A stretch of 64,000 nt of DNA, from positions 7,564,001 through 7,628,000 of the forward strand of contig OX597817.1 of assembly GCA_951406725.2 (NCBI GenBank), given 5' to 3'. The position numbers and the translations under genes were made by a program. Position 1 is the first letter of the stretch. Each line of letters starts with the position of its first letter. Below the pieces are notes generated by a model. That model ran no database searches and was not told the DNA's origin. It saw nothing but the letters and a program-made list of their open reading frames with translations. Below, piece after piece: positions 12,527 through 26,546 of this stretch. Origin of the DNA: Octopus vulgaris. Lineage: Eukaryota.

Positions 12527-13162
12527 ATACACACGTACATACATATACATGTGTATGAATGAATGTGTGTGTATAAATGTATGTGAGTTTGTGTATTTAT
12601 AGATGCATATTTTTCTCTGTATATATAAATATGTGCAAATGTTTGCTTTACTCTTACACATATAACTACACACAGACATATATCCATACACGCAGACACA
12701 CAAGTGTGTATGCGCGGGTGCATATGTGTAAGTATGTGCTTTTGTTTATAGGTGTAGGAGCAAGTGGCTTGTTGCGATAAACGGGTCCTTGCTCCACTGA
12801 ACAATCCTTTTAGTAACGATTGATTTTATGTGTATTTATTTCCCTAGTTTTATGATACTGAACCACAAACTGTTTATGTTCAACCTTCCGTAGCATTGTC
12901 ACCTCTTATATACGTCCCTGCTTCACAGCGAAAAACACGCAAGCAAACAAATAAATAAGCCTACATACCCTCATACATACACATGCACGCATATGTGTGT
13001 ATGTATTTGCAAATATATATATATATACTAATACGCAGTTCTCAAAAAATATAGTCACTCACGTATGTATACGGATAGATTGGTAGATAGATATACATAT
13101 GTACATACACATATATTTATATAAATATACGAATATGCATATATGTATATTATGTGTATGTG

Positions 13163-13198
<36 letters not shown>

Positions 13199-13260
13199 CA
13201 TATATACATGTATATGTATGCATATATACATACAATTATATATACATATATACATACATT

Positions 13261-13328
<68 letters not shown>

Positions 13329-13631
13329 CGTATATGTATATGTATATGCACACATACACACACAAGCATACGCTGAGGTATTCAGCCGGATATATCAAAT
13401 TTCGAAACATCACAATAAAGTAGAACATTAATATATATGTGCGTGCGCGCGTGTGTATACACATGTATGTGTGTGCGCGTATACATACATACATATCTAT
13501 TGTACATATATGTAATTTATATAAATATTTATAGATATATGTAGCTGGTGTGTGTTTGTGTGTGTGTATATTCATATATATATTCGGTGGGGGAGAGTGA
13601 GAAATATATGACAGTTTTGTTTTGTAGTTTT

Positions 13632-13683
<52 letters not shown>

Positions 13684-14446
13684 ATTTACATACGTATGCT
13701 CTGCATATTTATATCAGTTCCCTTGTATTTGATGTGTATTTGATGTGTGTGTGTGTGTGTTTGTGTGTGTGTGTAGCGTGCGTGTGTGTGTGTGCATAAC
13801 AGATCTCAAATACGTATGTAATATGTAAGCAACAGATGTCGAGATGTCTGTACGCAGCCATGCGTGTTTCATTATAAATATCGTTGTTAGCTCATGCGTA
13901 TTCGTTCCTACGTATGCTTGTGTAAGGGTATTTGGAAGTAGATGCGTATCACAAAACTACGACCATACATTATTTGCTGACAGTACAATTGTATTGTTTT
14001 ATGTTGAAGTTTGTGCCCTCACTTCAAAAACTCAGACACGAGTTAACTATTAAACAATATAAGTACATGGTTAGGAAAGCAATTGGTGTACTATTCAGTT
14101 CTCATTTTATTTATTTATTTATTTATTGATTGATGTTGCTTATTATTCCCCCAGTGCCGGATCTATTATGGTACAAATAGTAAATGATTGCGGTTTTTTT
14201 TTTTGTTGCTTCTTTTATTTATATTTGTTTTGTGGATAAAAATTTGTTGAAAATTTGCATTTTTTTTCCTGTTTCCCGAGTTGGAAGTAAATAAATTATT
14301 TACACATATCACTGATTGTGTTAAATAAATATAATGGAAAAATGGATTTTATTTAAAGTAGTTGTGAGATCTGAATTGAGGAAAGCCTCAAGGATGTCCT
14401 GGAAGGAAACTGAATATTTAATCAATTATTTCGCATGCAGTGTTGT

Positions 14447-14525
<79 letters not shown>

Positions 14526-14526
14526 G

Positions 14527-14576
<50 letters not shown>

Positions 14577-14746
14577 CATACAGACAAACAGATAGACAGG
14601 CAGATAGACAATTAGCTAGGCAGACAAATAGACAGACAAAAAGATAGACATCAGATAGACACCCAGACAAATAGACAAACAAATGGATAGACTGACAGAC
14701 AACTAGACAGACAAATAGATAGACAAACAGATAGATAGATAGACAA

Positions 14747-14822
<76 letters not shown>
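14447..14822. repeat. (GATA)n/(GACA)n compound tetranucleotide array
   Basis: Direct reading; smaller arrays at 13635-13682 and 61025-61108. Confidence 0.95.
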
Positions 14823-14823
<1 letters not shown>

Positions 14824-15346
14824 CATCTCCTTCTCGATTTCGGCAATGAAAATTCAGTAGTACGGTCAAATCAATTACCTGCTCATTGAATTAACATATG
14901 AAAGGTTATGCATTCAATAGACAGGTATCCTCTGAAAGAAATTCTATGGTAAAATCAGCATGAGACAAGGTTGTGCCTTTAAATTTAACCTAGAATTAAT
15001 CCGCCGAGAAACTGCCTACACCACATCACTCACTGCGCCTACAAACTTTGATATAGCTCAAACCCATAATGCAGTGGTTATCAGATGCCGTTGGCGCTAC
15101 ATCTAAGAAGTTCACTTAACAATTAATATCCTAGAGATTGAAGTTCTTTAATAATCAAGTTTTGCCGCGAACTAAAAGGTGTAGCTTCATCTTATTGCTA
15201 ACAACACCCAGGAGCCATATGAGGTAAACTATGTTACCTACCTAGAAAATTTCATCATTAATGAAAGTAGCTTCACTGATGAAATATATTGTAACCCTAT
15301 CAATTTCAGTTCGATATCCGGTGGTGTGTTAGACGATATTAATATT

Positions 15347-15922
15347 CTTTTCTACACTAGGTACAAAGTCCGAAATTTTTGAGGAGCGGACCAGTGGATT
15401 AGATCGACCCAGTACACAACTGGTAGTTAATTTTTCGACCCCGAGAGGATGAAAAGCAAAGTCGACCTCGGCGAAATTTGACCTCAGAATGTAAAGACAG
15501 ACGAAATACCTATTTATTTACTACCCACAAGGGACTAAACATAGAGGGAACGAACAAGAACAGACAAATAGATTAAGTCGATTATATCGACACCAGTGTA
15601 TTACTGGTACTTAATTTATCGACCCCGAAAGGATGAAATGCAAAGTCGACCTCGGCGGAATTTAAACTCAGAACGTAACGGCAGACAAAATACCGCTAAG
15701 CATTTCGCCCGGCGTGCTAACGTTTCTGCCAGCTCGCCGCCTTGAAAACAATATTAATATTTTTCTTTAATCTAGGCACAAGGCCCGAAATTTTGGGAAA
15801 GAGGGCCAGTCGACTAGATCAACTCCAGTACGCAACTGGTAGTTAATTTATCGACCCCGAAAGGATGAAAGGTAAAGTTGACCTCGGCTGAATTTGAACT
15901 CAGAACGTAAAAACAGACGAAA
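15347..15922 (-). mobile_element. Cluster of SINE family B copies (one unit plus partial restart, then a truncated copy)
   Basis: Three tcgaccccgaaaggatgaaa..gtcgacctcggcg blocks; acaatattaatatt-like motif at 15331, 15746 and 15923. Confidence 0.85.
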
Positions 15923-16390
15923 AGACAATATTAATATTGCTATACTATGGAAAGCATACTGAACATACTAGTATTGTTTAGTATACAATTTGGAGACATT
16001 GTTTTACATGTCTCCGGTATACTATCCTTATCTCACAGAACGAGTACATATATTTGAAGCGGGAAAAAAATCCCTTGAGGAAATGATGGTAATAGTTGTG
16101 GTCGCGCTGCTGGTGATGATGATGATATTTTGCTGTTGCTGTTTCATTGAAGGTAGCAGTCTTCATGGTCTCGTAGCTATTTTTTCTTGATTTTGCAAAT
16201 GGTGCGTATAAACTATTGAACATTATTCGAAACATTTAACCTGTTTATTGATATATGCAATCATCAATAGATACATAAATACGGGCAGACACCCACGCAC
16301 TTATATAGATACATACATACATACATAAATACATCCATACATATATACACGCATGCATGCATATATACATACGTGTACGCGACACGTATA

Positions 16391-16428
<38 letters not shown>

Positions 16429-16435
16429 AACAACA

Positions 16436-16466
<31 letters not shown>

Positions 16467-16563
16467 TATATATATATGTATACACACAAACAAGAACACA
16501 CACACACACACACATATACATATATATATATATATACACACAAACAAGAACACACACACACAC

Positions 16564-16623
<60 letters not shown>

Positions 16624-16627
<4 letters not shown>

Positions 16628-17101
16628 TATTTGCCACTTAAAGGTGGCTAACCACTAAGGGTGGATGCTACTGTAGCTTGTAGCCCCAGAACATCTTCTC
16701 CAGCTGGCTATTGACACACTTTGTGTGCCCTATCAGTATTTGCAAAGGGAAGCCATCCTTCCCATCGTCGACCTGACGTGATACGCACAGACCAGGGTTT
16801 ATGGGTATTTACCCGTCGTTAGCGTACGACAATCACCGGTCTTCGATGCGAAGGGGTCCCAATGCAAATACATATATCCTTTTTCCAGTGACGAAAAGTG
16901 CGCTGACGACGGGTAAATACTCAGAAACCCGCGTCCGTGCGTATCACGTCAGGTCGACGATGGGAAGGATGACTTCCCTTTGCAAATACTGATAGGGCAC
17001 AGAAAGTGTGTCAATAGCCAGCTGGAGATGTTCTCCTATGGCTACAAGCTACAGTAGCATCCACCCTTAGTGGTTAGCCACATTTAAGTGGCGAATATAC
17101 T
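16624..17101. mobile_element. Fold-back element with about 200 bp inverted arms, each holding a hammerhead fold; (TA)n on the left
   Basis: agtatatttgccacttaaaggtggctaaccactaagggtggatgctactgtagc.. (16624-16826) is the reverse complement of 16899-17101. Confidence 0.85.
16898..16940 (+). ncRNA. Type I hammerhead motif with canonical core and GUC cleavage triplet
   Basis: gtgcg CTGACGA c gggta aa tactc a GAAA c ccgc g T C cgtgc; the mirror copy in the left arm has core mutations (CTAACGA, TAAA). Confidence 0.65.
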
Positions 17102-19077
17102 TCACATTGTGGTGCAGCTACTATTTATACCTCGTTCAGAGAATTATTATTGCTTGTTTGCACTTTTTCAAGATCAGTGGCTTTGCTGGCTTTTGCTTAG
17201 GTTTACTCTGCTCAAGATTAATATTCATTACACTTCGACTCATGTTGATTTTTTAAGGTTAAATCACTCTTGTCCGTTCTAAAGCAGCTGTTACGTGTGT
17301 CCATAACAGGATATTTCCTACTGAAAACTGTAAGACACAAAGTTTTCGATTAATTTGTGACCATTCACTATTTCTAGAAGAGCATGTCGCTTGTAATTTT
17401 ATGAAATGCATGAGTATCATATAACATACATTTTGTTCAGGCATTACTGTATGGTTAAGTAATTTGGACAGATCGGGAGACGTTATGTGGTAGTAGATAC
17501 TACGTGGTAGATACATCCGACAGAATTAACAGCCAAATCTCCTTTCTATAGCAGTGATGAAGTATTGGATATTGTAGTGGAAACACAGACCGTATAGTCA
17601 TGGCTGGAATGCGTTTGATCATAAGTCTACTTGTCGAGGCTTTCTTGAGATTAAACAACAATGACTAAAGTGTCATGAAATTATTTTCTGCTGTTGGGAG
17701 AATAAAATGTCGAAAAACGATGTAAAGAACTGACAGAAAATGTAATGTATTTGGAAGGAATGTTCGAATCGTGGGAAGGTAAGAGTGACGCAAGAAACGA
17801 TAATAAAGGAAAGATAGAGAAGAGGGTAGAGAGTAAGATAAAATAAAACTTTTGCTTGGATGATAAGTACTTAGTAACTACCATCAAGTTCCTAGCAAAT
17901 CTATTTTGTCTTCCTCTTCTCTGAACATACAAGTATATACTAAGCTGGATGACAATAAAAAGCATTATGCCCCAATCCTTCACATGGTGCTCATGAGATA
18001 AACCATGACATTTTAGAGTGCACAGTATATACTTCCATTAGGCTGAGATATGATTTATCCTGAACTCTACACATTACCTACATTTCCACAGTTTTTCCGG
18101 TTCCAAATCCATCACGGTTTAAATCATAGCAGTAATGGTAACGAAATGACAATATATCGTCGTCCATATACTATCCTATGTAACTCTATGCATGTGTGTA
18201 TATGATTATGTGTGTGTGTGTGTGTGTATTTCTTTGTGTTTGTGTGTCTGTATGTGTCTGTATTAGCGTGTCTGTAATTTACTTCGAACACTGAACATGT
18301 CTGACTTGGATGTCATAAAACTGCATAAAAAGTAATAACCCTGTTTGAAATATTCAACACACATAGCAATAGAATAGTTTGTCTTCTATCCCCTGTAGAT
18401 TATCAAAATAGCTGCTTTTACAAATGTCTGTAGCCGAGGATATTTCAGTCTGTTAGACATTAAAGAATTTTCAAATCAATTCATGACTGTTCACTACCTC
18501 TTGGAGTTCACTTCATTTATGTCGCTTATAATTCCGAGAAATGCAGGAATACTAGCTCATTTATTTTCTTTCTTGCATAAGTATGTAGCCATAAGGCTAA
18601 CATTACTTATGCCTAAATCATTATATAAATCATCATATGTAGTCAAGACTTCTTTCTCTTTCGTTTTTTTCTCTTTATCTGTCAAACGTTCTGATTAGAA
18701 TTTCGTACAAGTTTAGATCATATTTCAACACATGACGATACGATGAATACAAAAGAGCCTGTTTGTTCTTTTGTGTTTTTTTTTCTACATATTATTGTTG
18801 TTGTTGCTTTTCCTTTTTTACTAGCTTCCAGAAAACTGTCTTCCTATTTCGATCCTGTCGCTAACTTATCATCCTTCTCTTTGTATTACATAGGTTTTTC
18901 ACAGTCTTCTCGTGCCTAGTAATGAGTGTCTTGGCAACCATAGAAGGGTATGAAGATGTCATGCGACTAGCCTTGTTTTATGTGGTAAGTACTGATTTCT
19001 TCTTATGCTTGCATAGGAAACATTTCTCTTACCTAAGGGACAGAGATTTACACCGCTCAGTTTGTTGTCACTAATAT

Positions 19078-19309
19078 CTATTTCTTTACTATCCACAAGG
19101 GGCTAAACAGAGGGGACAGACAAGAACAGACAAACGGATTAAGTCGATTACATCGACCCCAGTGCATAACTGGTACTTAATTTATCGACCCCGAAAGGAT
19201 GAAATGCAAAGTCGACCTCGGCGGAATTTGAACTCAGAACGTAGCGGCAGACAAAATACGGCTACGCATTTCCCCCGGCGTGCTAACGTTTCTGCCAGCT
19301 CACCGCCTT
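19078..19309 (-). mobile_element. Full-length SINE family B with target-site duplication
   Basis: Flanked by tcagtttgttgtcactaatat (19057-19077) / tcagtttgttatcagtaatat (19309-19329). Confidence 0.9.
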
Positions 19310-21910
19310 CAGTTTGTTATCAGTAATATTATTAATCAGCATGCCAACATGGACTGAGAGAATAAAATTTAACAATGATTCAACAGATGAAATAGTAGAA
19401 GACCAATATAATATGAAATGGTGTGGCCATCATTGGCGATTTCCTAGAAGTTAGTCTCCATCTGGAGATTCTCTATACCAGTGAATCATAGTTCTTTTTT
19501 TTTGTTTTGTTTTGTTATGTTTTTTACCGGATCTATTAATATGAAATTCTTCTGTAGATGTTTAAATATTTCATGAAATTGATCATCCGTCGCGATAATT
19601 TCAAACCCATCATTCCGAATGAAGAGACTTGAATTAGCTCACAGTGAAATTTGAATGTAATATGGCAGATGGAAAGGAAAAAATTAAACGGTCGTTGTGC
19701 CAGTGTTATAGTGACTTAGTCATTTCCACCAAAATTCACTCGAACAAAAATACTTCTACATGGTCGTTCGACCTGCAAGAAATGACAGCCAAATCTTTCT
19801 CAAATCTCATTCTAAAGAATGTTTAAACGTGAAAATTCAAATTTTTAAACATGAAAATTCAAATTGAAGATATCCGACATTTAATAGAAGAGGATGTTAC
19901 TGTTACCTTTAAGTGTCTTACTGTGTGTATAAGTTTATTCCATTGTGATTAATTTAAAGTTAAATCACATCTCAAACAGAATCTACCTCTATTCCTCAAA
20001 TCTCATAAATCAATAAAGCTAAAGCCCATATCGGTAATAATAAATGAAATAAGCTTTAATGCGATTTCTATACGATTTATATATGTAGACTTTCATTTTT
20101 GCAGTTGTTTCGCTATTTTCAGTTTAGTCACGTGGAAAAACTTGAGGTTCGATGTTTTCTACAAGCTTCCTGCTTCTAATGTGAATATCGGAGCGAGAGC
20201 CCTCGCACTTAACCTTGTTTCATGCTAAAGTTGAAACCTTTTCTTTATTCTATACATCCTATATCACTTAAACACTTTTATTCTTTTAATAAAAATATGT
20301 TTCGAACTATTTCTTTTCTTCTTATGAAACTTTAAGACAAAAAATTTTATGTTTAATAATATTAAAAATATTCCAATATCAGACGCATTTTGACCTTTCG
20401 ATTTTCGTCTGTGCTAGTTCGAAATTTTATTAAACTTATCGTTTATTAAACTTATATTCGTGTAGTTATAGACATCAGGTACTTTGAAAGTACAATTCAA
20501 AATTAAAGCATTTGTGTATTTGCATCCACAATGTAGTCACAACAATGTTATGACGTGCGAAGATGTTGGTAGCCATGTTTACAAAAGCAAGTAAATAGCT
20601 TGTGGGAAACATGAACCACAGAGTTCTCCATCAGGCTAAATAGAGAAGGCAAAACGATTGTTGCAATGGAAATCAACCGACATAACGATGAAATGTCATG
20701 CCTTTTGGGCAAAATAAGTATTCTTTAAATGTTTATTTACTTCCAAAACTTATGTGATTTCTGTTACTAAGACTACACGGCATATATGAGCAAACAAACA
20801 CTTTAATTTCGAATTGAACACTCCACCCATCTGATTTCTATAACTACACGAACGTAACTCAATATATTTTTAATTTCGAAACTGTGCTCACAAAATTCGA
20901 AAGGTCGAAGTGCAGAAGTGTAATAGGAATATTACTAATATTATTATATAAATACAAAATAGATTAACACTTAATTGTTCGGTGTTCAATTTCCTAAAGA
21001 AAACGGGTAGTTCGAAAAAGTATAACATTCATTCTTAAAATATAAAGTGAATGATATTTTTACTGCATAAGAAGAATCCTCAATATGCTCGTTCAGTTTT
21101 CTAGAAATAACAGCTAAATGTTCCTCAAATCATAACTTACTCGTCTTTAAAAAAATTGAAGGTGTTCTCTAGATAACAGAGTCCTAAGTTTACTGCCAGA
21201 AATAAAAACGGAAGGATCACAGCTGGAAGACCTTTGGTCACATGTTGCTCATTTTGAGTTCATTTAGTTTTAGACCGCAACATCGGATAAACTATTCGAG
21301 AAGGATAAAACGCGAATGATATAATTTCAAAACAAAATTTTAATGAGAAGACACTGAAATTTCATCAAATCAGATACGTCACTTGCAAGAAGTCACCGGA
21401 GCAGTTCTTCGTCAAACTGTTCGCTGATCAAGGAAAACAGACTGTCTGCACAAATTGATGTGAATAAACATACCCAGATCATGTTTTTAAATCTCTTAAA
21501 ATTGAAGAAAAGATAAAGAGGATAATAACTGTTCTGTTGTGTGTGTATGTGTGCGTGCGCGTGAGTGCGTGCACGCTCGTGTATGTGTGTCTTTGGACAG
21601 AGAAGTTTATGCATGAAATAATCTTTAAAGAAAATAACACTTAATGAATTCTGATTGGTTTAAATTATAGATCCTCAGGTAGAATAAGTGTGACACTGTG
21701 CAGGAAACAACTGGATTGATTTGGACTTGCACAATCCATCTACCCAACTTCACTCGCAAAGATTTTCTCAATGTCAGGTTATAGTAAAAGTTACCCAAGA
21801 TGTCACACAACCGAATCGAACTCTAAACCTCAGAAAAGTGACGCAAACTCCTTAACTAAGCGACTAGGCATACCCGACTGGCCATATTACGGGCATATAT
21901 ATTCTGGTTA

Positions 21911-22390
21911 AGGCGGCGAGCTGACAGACACGTTAGCGCGCCGGGCGGAATGCTTGGCGGTATTTCGTCTGTCGTTACGTTCTGAGTTCAAATTCCGCTG
22001 AGGTCGACTTTGCTTTTCATCCTTTCGGGGTCGATAAATAAAAGTACCAGTTTCGCACTGGGGTCGATGTAATCGACTTAATCCCTTTGTCTGTCCTTGT
22101 TTGTCCTCTCTATGTTTAACCCCTTGTGGGCAATAAAGAAATATATATACTCTGGTTATGAGGGCGGCGAGCTGGCAGAAACGTTAGCAAGACGGGCGAA
22201 ATGCGAAGCCGTATTTCGTCTGTCGTTACGTTCCGAGTTCAAATTCCACCGAGGTCGACTTTGCCTTTCATCCTTTCGAGGTCGATTAATTAAGTACCAG
22301 TTACGCACTGGGGTCGATGTAACCGACTTAATCCCTTTGTCTGTCCCTGTTTGTCCACTCTGTGTTTAGCCCCTTGTGGGTAGTAAAGAA
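21911..22390 (+). mobile_element. Two head-to-tail full-length SINE family B copies
   Basis: Units 21911-22140 and 22161-22390; atatata(c/t)tctggtta at 21895, 22143 and 22393; an older degenerate copy follows (about 22450-22660). Confidence 0.9.
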
Positions 22391-22849
22391 ATATATATAC
22401 TCTGGTTACTCCTCACCCCAAGCGGATAACTATTACATGCATATATAAGGAGGTAACCTAGCAGAATTGTCAGCACGCCAGGCGAAATGCTGAGCGGCAT
22501 TTTGTTCGCCTTTAAGTTCTGAGTTAAGATTCTGCCGAAGTCGAGTTTGCTTTTGATCTTTCCGATGCTGATAAAATAAGTGCCAGATGAACACTGGAGT
22601 CGATGTAATCGACTAGCATCCTCCCTCGAAATTACTGGCCGTGTGTCAAAATTTGAAATCAATATTACAGACATATATGGAATAGTAGACTGACGGAATC
22701 TTCAAAGCGGGATTAGCCACCACTCTACATTTCGAGTTCAAATTCGTAAAGTAAGGTACCGGCTAAGTACTGCAGGCGATTTAATAGAAACCCTTACCTC
22801 TAAAAGATATATGTGGGCCTCTGCCTATGTTAGAAATCAATATTACACA

Positions 22850-22915
<66 letters not shown>

Positions 22916-23646
22916 GAATCGAAAATCTTCGAAAGACGCTCTTACATATTCAGTTTTGACTAAGTATTATTTCACTTTACCTAACAGTATTTAGTACTTG
23001 TTTTTCTTAAGTGCAAGCCACATGGCTGTGAAGCCAATATTAGACGTGTGTTTGTGTGTGTGTGTGTGTGTGTGATCCCTTTTTATGCATAAGGAAAGTT
23101 ATTAAACATCTACTGGTTGCATTGCTTGCACCTCCTGGAGATACAGGTTGACAATTCAGTGGGTATGACAATTACATATATTAGTTATCATAAAACTGAC
23201 TTTCCTTCTTCAAAGTAGCGCGAAATTAATCAAATATTTTTTAGGAGCACGAGGAATAATAAAGGTCGAAACACTGCCCTTGTGTGTGTGTATATATATA
23301 TATATATATACGTCCTTAAAATATACACCTTACTCTTCCACGTCATGTTTCTTAAACTTTATAACATCATTCAAGAAGTGGTAACGGATTAACATACTTC
23401 ATCTTCACATATTAAAATTGACCGTCGGAGGATAATACGTTGCAGCAATGTCATTTTATGCTCTGAGTTCGAATACTGGTAAGATCATATTTTTCTTTCA
23501 TGCAGCTTAAATGATAGAATAAATAGCAATCAAGAATTGAGGCTGATTAAATCGATTGTTTCGTGTCCCAAACATTTGATCTTATGTCTCAATTTCTTTC
23601 TTGGGAAGACCAAGAGTGAAAAGATGGGTAGGATTGCGATGTAATT

Positions 23647-24055
23647 TGGCGAGCTGGCGGAAACGTTAACGCGACGGGCGAAATTTTTAGCGGTATTTTG
23701 TCTGCTGCTGCTACGTTCTGAGTTCAAATTCCGCCGAGGTCGACTTTGCCTTTCATCCTTGCGGGGTCGATTAAATAAGTACCAGTTACGCACTGGGGTC
23801 GATATAATCGACTTAATCCGTTTGTCTGTCCTTGTTTGTCCTCTCCGTGTTTAGCCCCTTGTGGGTAGTAAAGAAATAGGTATTTCGTCTGCCGTTACGT
23901 TCTGAGTTCAAATTCCGCTGAGGTCGACATTGCTTTTCATCCTTCGGAATCGATAAATAAGTACCTGTTACGCACTGGGATCTATGTAATTGACTTAATC
24001 CCTTTGTCAGTCCTTGTTTGTCCCCTCTATGTTTAGCCCCTTGTGGGCAATAAAG
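23647..24055 (+). mobile_element. SINE family B, full unit plus internal-restart second unit
   Basis: ggcgagctggcggaaacgtt..gtaaagaaata|ggtatttcgtctgccgttacg..gggcaataaaga. Confidence 0.9.
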
Positions 24056-25613
24056 AGTGTAAGGCTCCTTTCTAGGTTCCTTCAGCTTTTGTGTTTCTGG
24101 AAGACATAAATAGTGAGGGTGGGAGAGAAAAACACCAGGTACTTAACGGGTGGTTTATTGATCGAACCCGAAGGTATGAAAAATAAAGTTGACATGGATG
24201 GGATTTGAAACAAAGAGCCAAATGAGCTGGTACAATTACCGTAAGGCATTCTAATCGACTCTTTAAGGTTTCTGCAACTTGACTGAATCGTTAGGGAGCC
24301 GCATCGGATGCCTAGACGTATGTCCCGTGTCTTTAAGTTCTGAGCTCAAATTTACCATGACCTACACAGATGGTAGATTTCATACGCTCCCCTGACACAC
24401 CATCATTGGTGTCTTTGAATGCCTATAGCTAAGTCCATTTAGTTCCAAGTTTTTTAGCCAGAGATCCGGAGTGAAGATAAGTTTTCCCTCCCAAGAATCT
24501 TGGAAGCTCTGTAAAGTGTTTAACTTTCTGACTAAATGAGAAAAAAGTTCGGTTCTAATGTTGGACTAAGTATTTTATAAGTCATTTCATAAAATGTTCA
24601 CCATGTCAATTGCTTCGATTACTTTCAGCAATGACTTTTTATTTTCTAGATTATATAACTTCACAGAAAAATTTTTTTATGAATTTTCAAATTAGCAATT
24701 ATATTACTTGAATTTCAGTTAATTTATAACCATTGTAATTAAATAAATATTGGTGTTAGGTAATTAAATTTATGTTCATAAAAAACATACAGTGCGTTAT
24801 AATTCTTTAATTCGAACACAACTATAATTGAACAGACCTATAATTAAAGGGGTTCTGAGAGTAACCAGTTTATATTTTAAAGATTTAATGTATCTAGAAC
24901 TACAGTTTATAATGTGTCCAGTTGCGAAACCTGTAGCATGTTGTTGATGGGATAGGTGACTGCAGTTTTTGTTCTGTTGTTTAGCTCCAGGTCAGCTCGA
25001 ACGAGACTGTCTAGGATCAAAAACATTCCATCCTGCCTTTTTTCTTATGTTCAGTTCAGGACCTAGTTTGGAAGTGTCTTGTTTAGGTTTACTGAAAATG
25101 AGTCCACTTGAACCAGTGGCGATGTTGTGTTGAAACAATTGGTGTTGTTTAATTAACCCCAGAGCAGATCTCTGACCAAGACATTTCATCTGTAAGCATC
25201 CCAACTCTTTTCTATGTTCAACGACCCTAGAAAGTGCTCTTTATTTAAGACGGTAATGGTATGTTTTGTGGGTGATTTGGCTGCCGTTGAGACTAAGCCG
25301 AAATTCTGCAAGACGACTTTCCTTTCATTTTAAGAGGATTGATTACTTTCTCTCATAAGATTTAAGATTTATAGTCACTGAATAATTTATGTTGTGCTGC
25401 TGAGGCTGCAGCGGCGGCGGTGGTGGTAGAGGATATATTTGTCAGTGGTGATGGTATTTAAGATGATGATGACGACGAAGGCAACGTCGACGATAATTAC
25501 CATCATTATTGTCATCGTTAATCATCATGATGTCAGTACAAGTTCGTCTAACCGTCTACCGAAAACATTTTATGTAACGTGAATATTTAACATAAAATTG
25601 ACTTAGCTCCCTT

Positions 25614-25660
<47 letters not shown>

Positions 25661-25780
25661 CCTCTCCCTATCTGTCCTTCTATCTATCGGTCTGTCATTA
25701 TCTCTAACTATCTATCTTTCTTTTCTTTCCACTACTTTTCAAAACTCACCCCATTTCATTCTCTCTCACTCTCCCCTTTA

Positions 25781-25848
<68 letters not shown>

Positions 25849-26309
25849 GCTTCCCCGATATGTCTCTTCCATGCGTTCAGATCTACGTACAACTTAAAAT
25901 ATTCCAGGTATGATAAATCAAATTGTAGCTACCAGCATTTTATCCACACATCTGCATACAACTATGTATATGTACGCATATGTTTGCGTGCGCACGCGTT
26001 TGTTAAATAGTACTGCTACACATACGTAAAACAATGCCAAAATACATAAACCGATGAATAATATAGAACGACATTTCTCAGTAACATTTTTCTCGGTAAA
26101 CATATACTATTCCTGGACTTCGAAGTTTGGACCATTTCAGCTATCATCAGGCAATCTGAACATTGGTTAGCTGAACGAAACTTCGAAATCACTTTCAATA
26201 CAATTCTTGTTAAAGAATAATTAATTTGTACTCTACCAACTATTCAACTATTCATTCAATGTAACGTAAATACTATACCATAACATTAATACATACATAT
26301 ATATATCTG

Positions 26310-26343
<34 letters not shown>

Positions 26344-26427
26344 ATACTCTAATTAATACACTAAATTTAATTGGTGTTGTACCGCAGATTTTCAAAATGT
26401 CACAAGTAAAGAATAACGTATACAGAT

Positions 26428-26546
26428 TCCATCAAACAAATCCACTCACAAGGCTGTGGTTGGCCCGAGTCTAAACTAGAGGACACTTGTACAAGGTGCC
26501 ACGCAGTGGTTAGGAAGCAAGCTCCTTCCCACACAGCCACGCCTGC
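26428..26546 (-). mobile_element. SINE family C 5' fragment
   Basis: aaatccactcacaaggctgtggttggcccg..ggtgccacgcagtgg..cacagccacgcctgc. Confidence 0.7.

Noticed and set aside
18389-18402. ccctgtagat resembling the 5' part of miR-10
   Set aside because: Only 10 nt match, the remainder diverges, and no precursor hairpin is evident.
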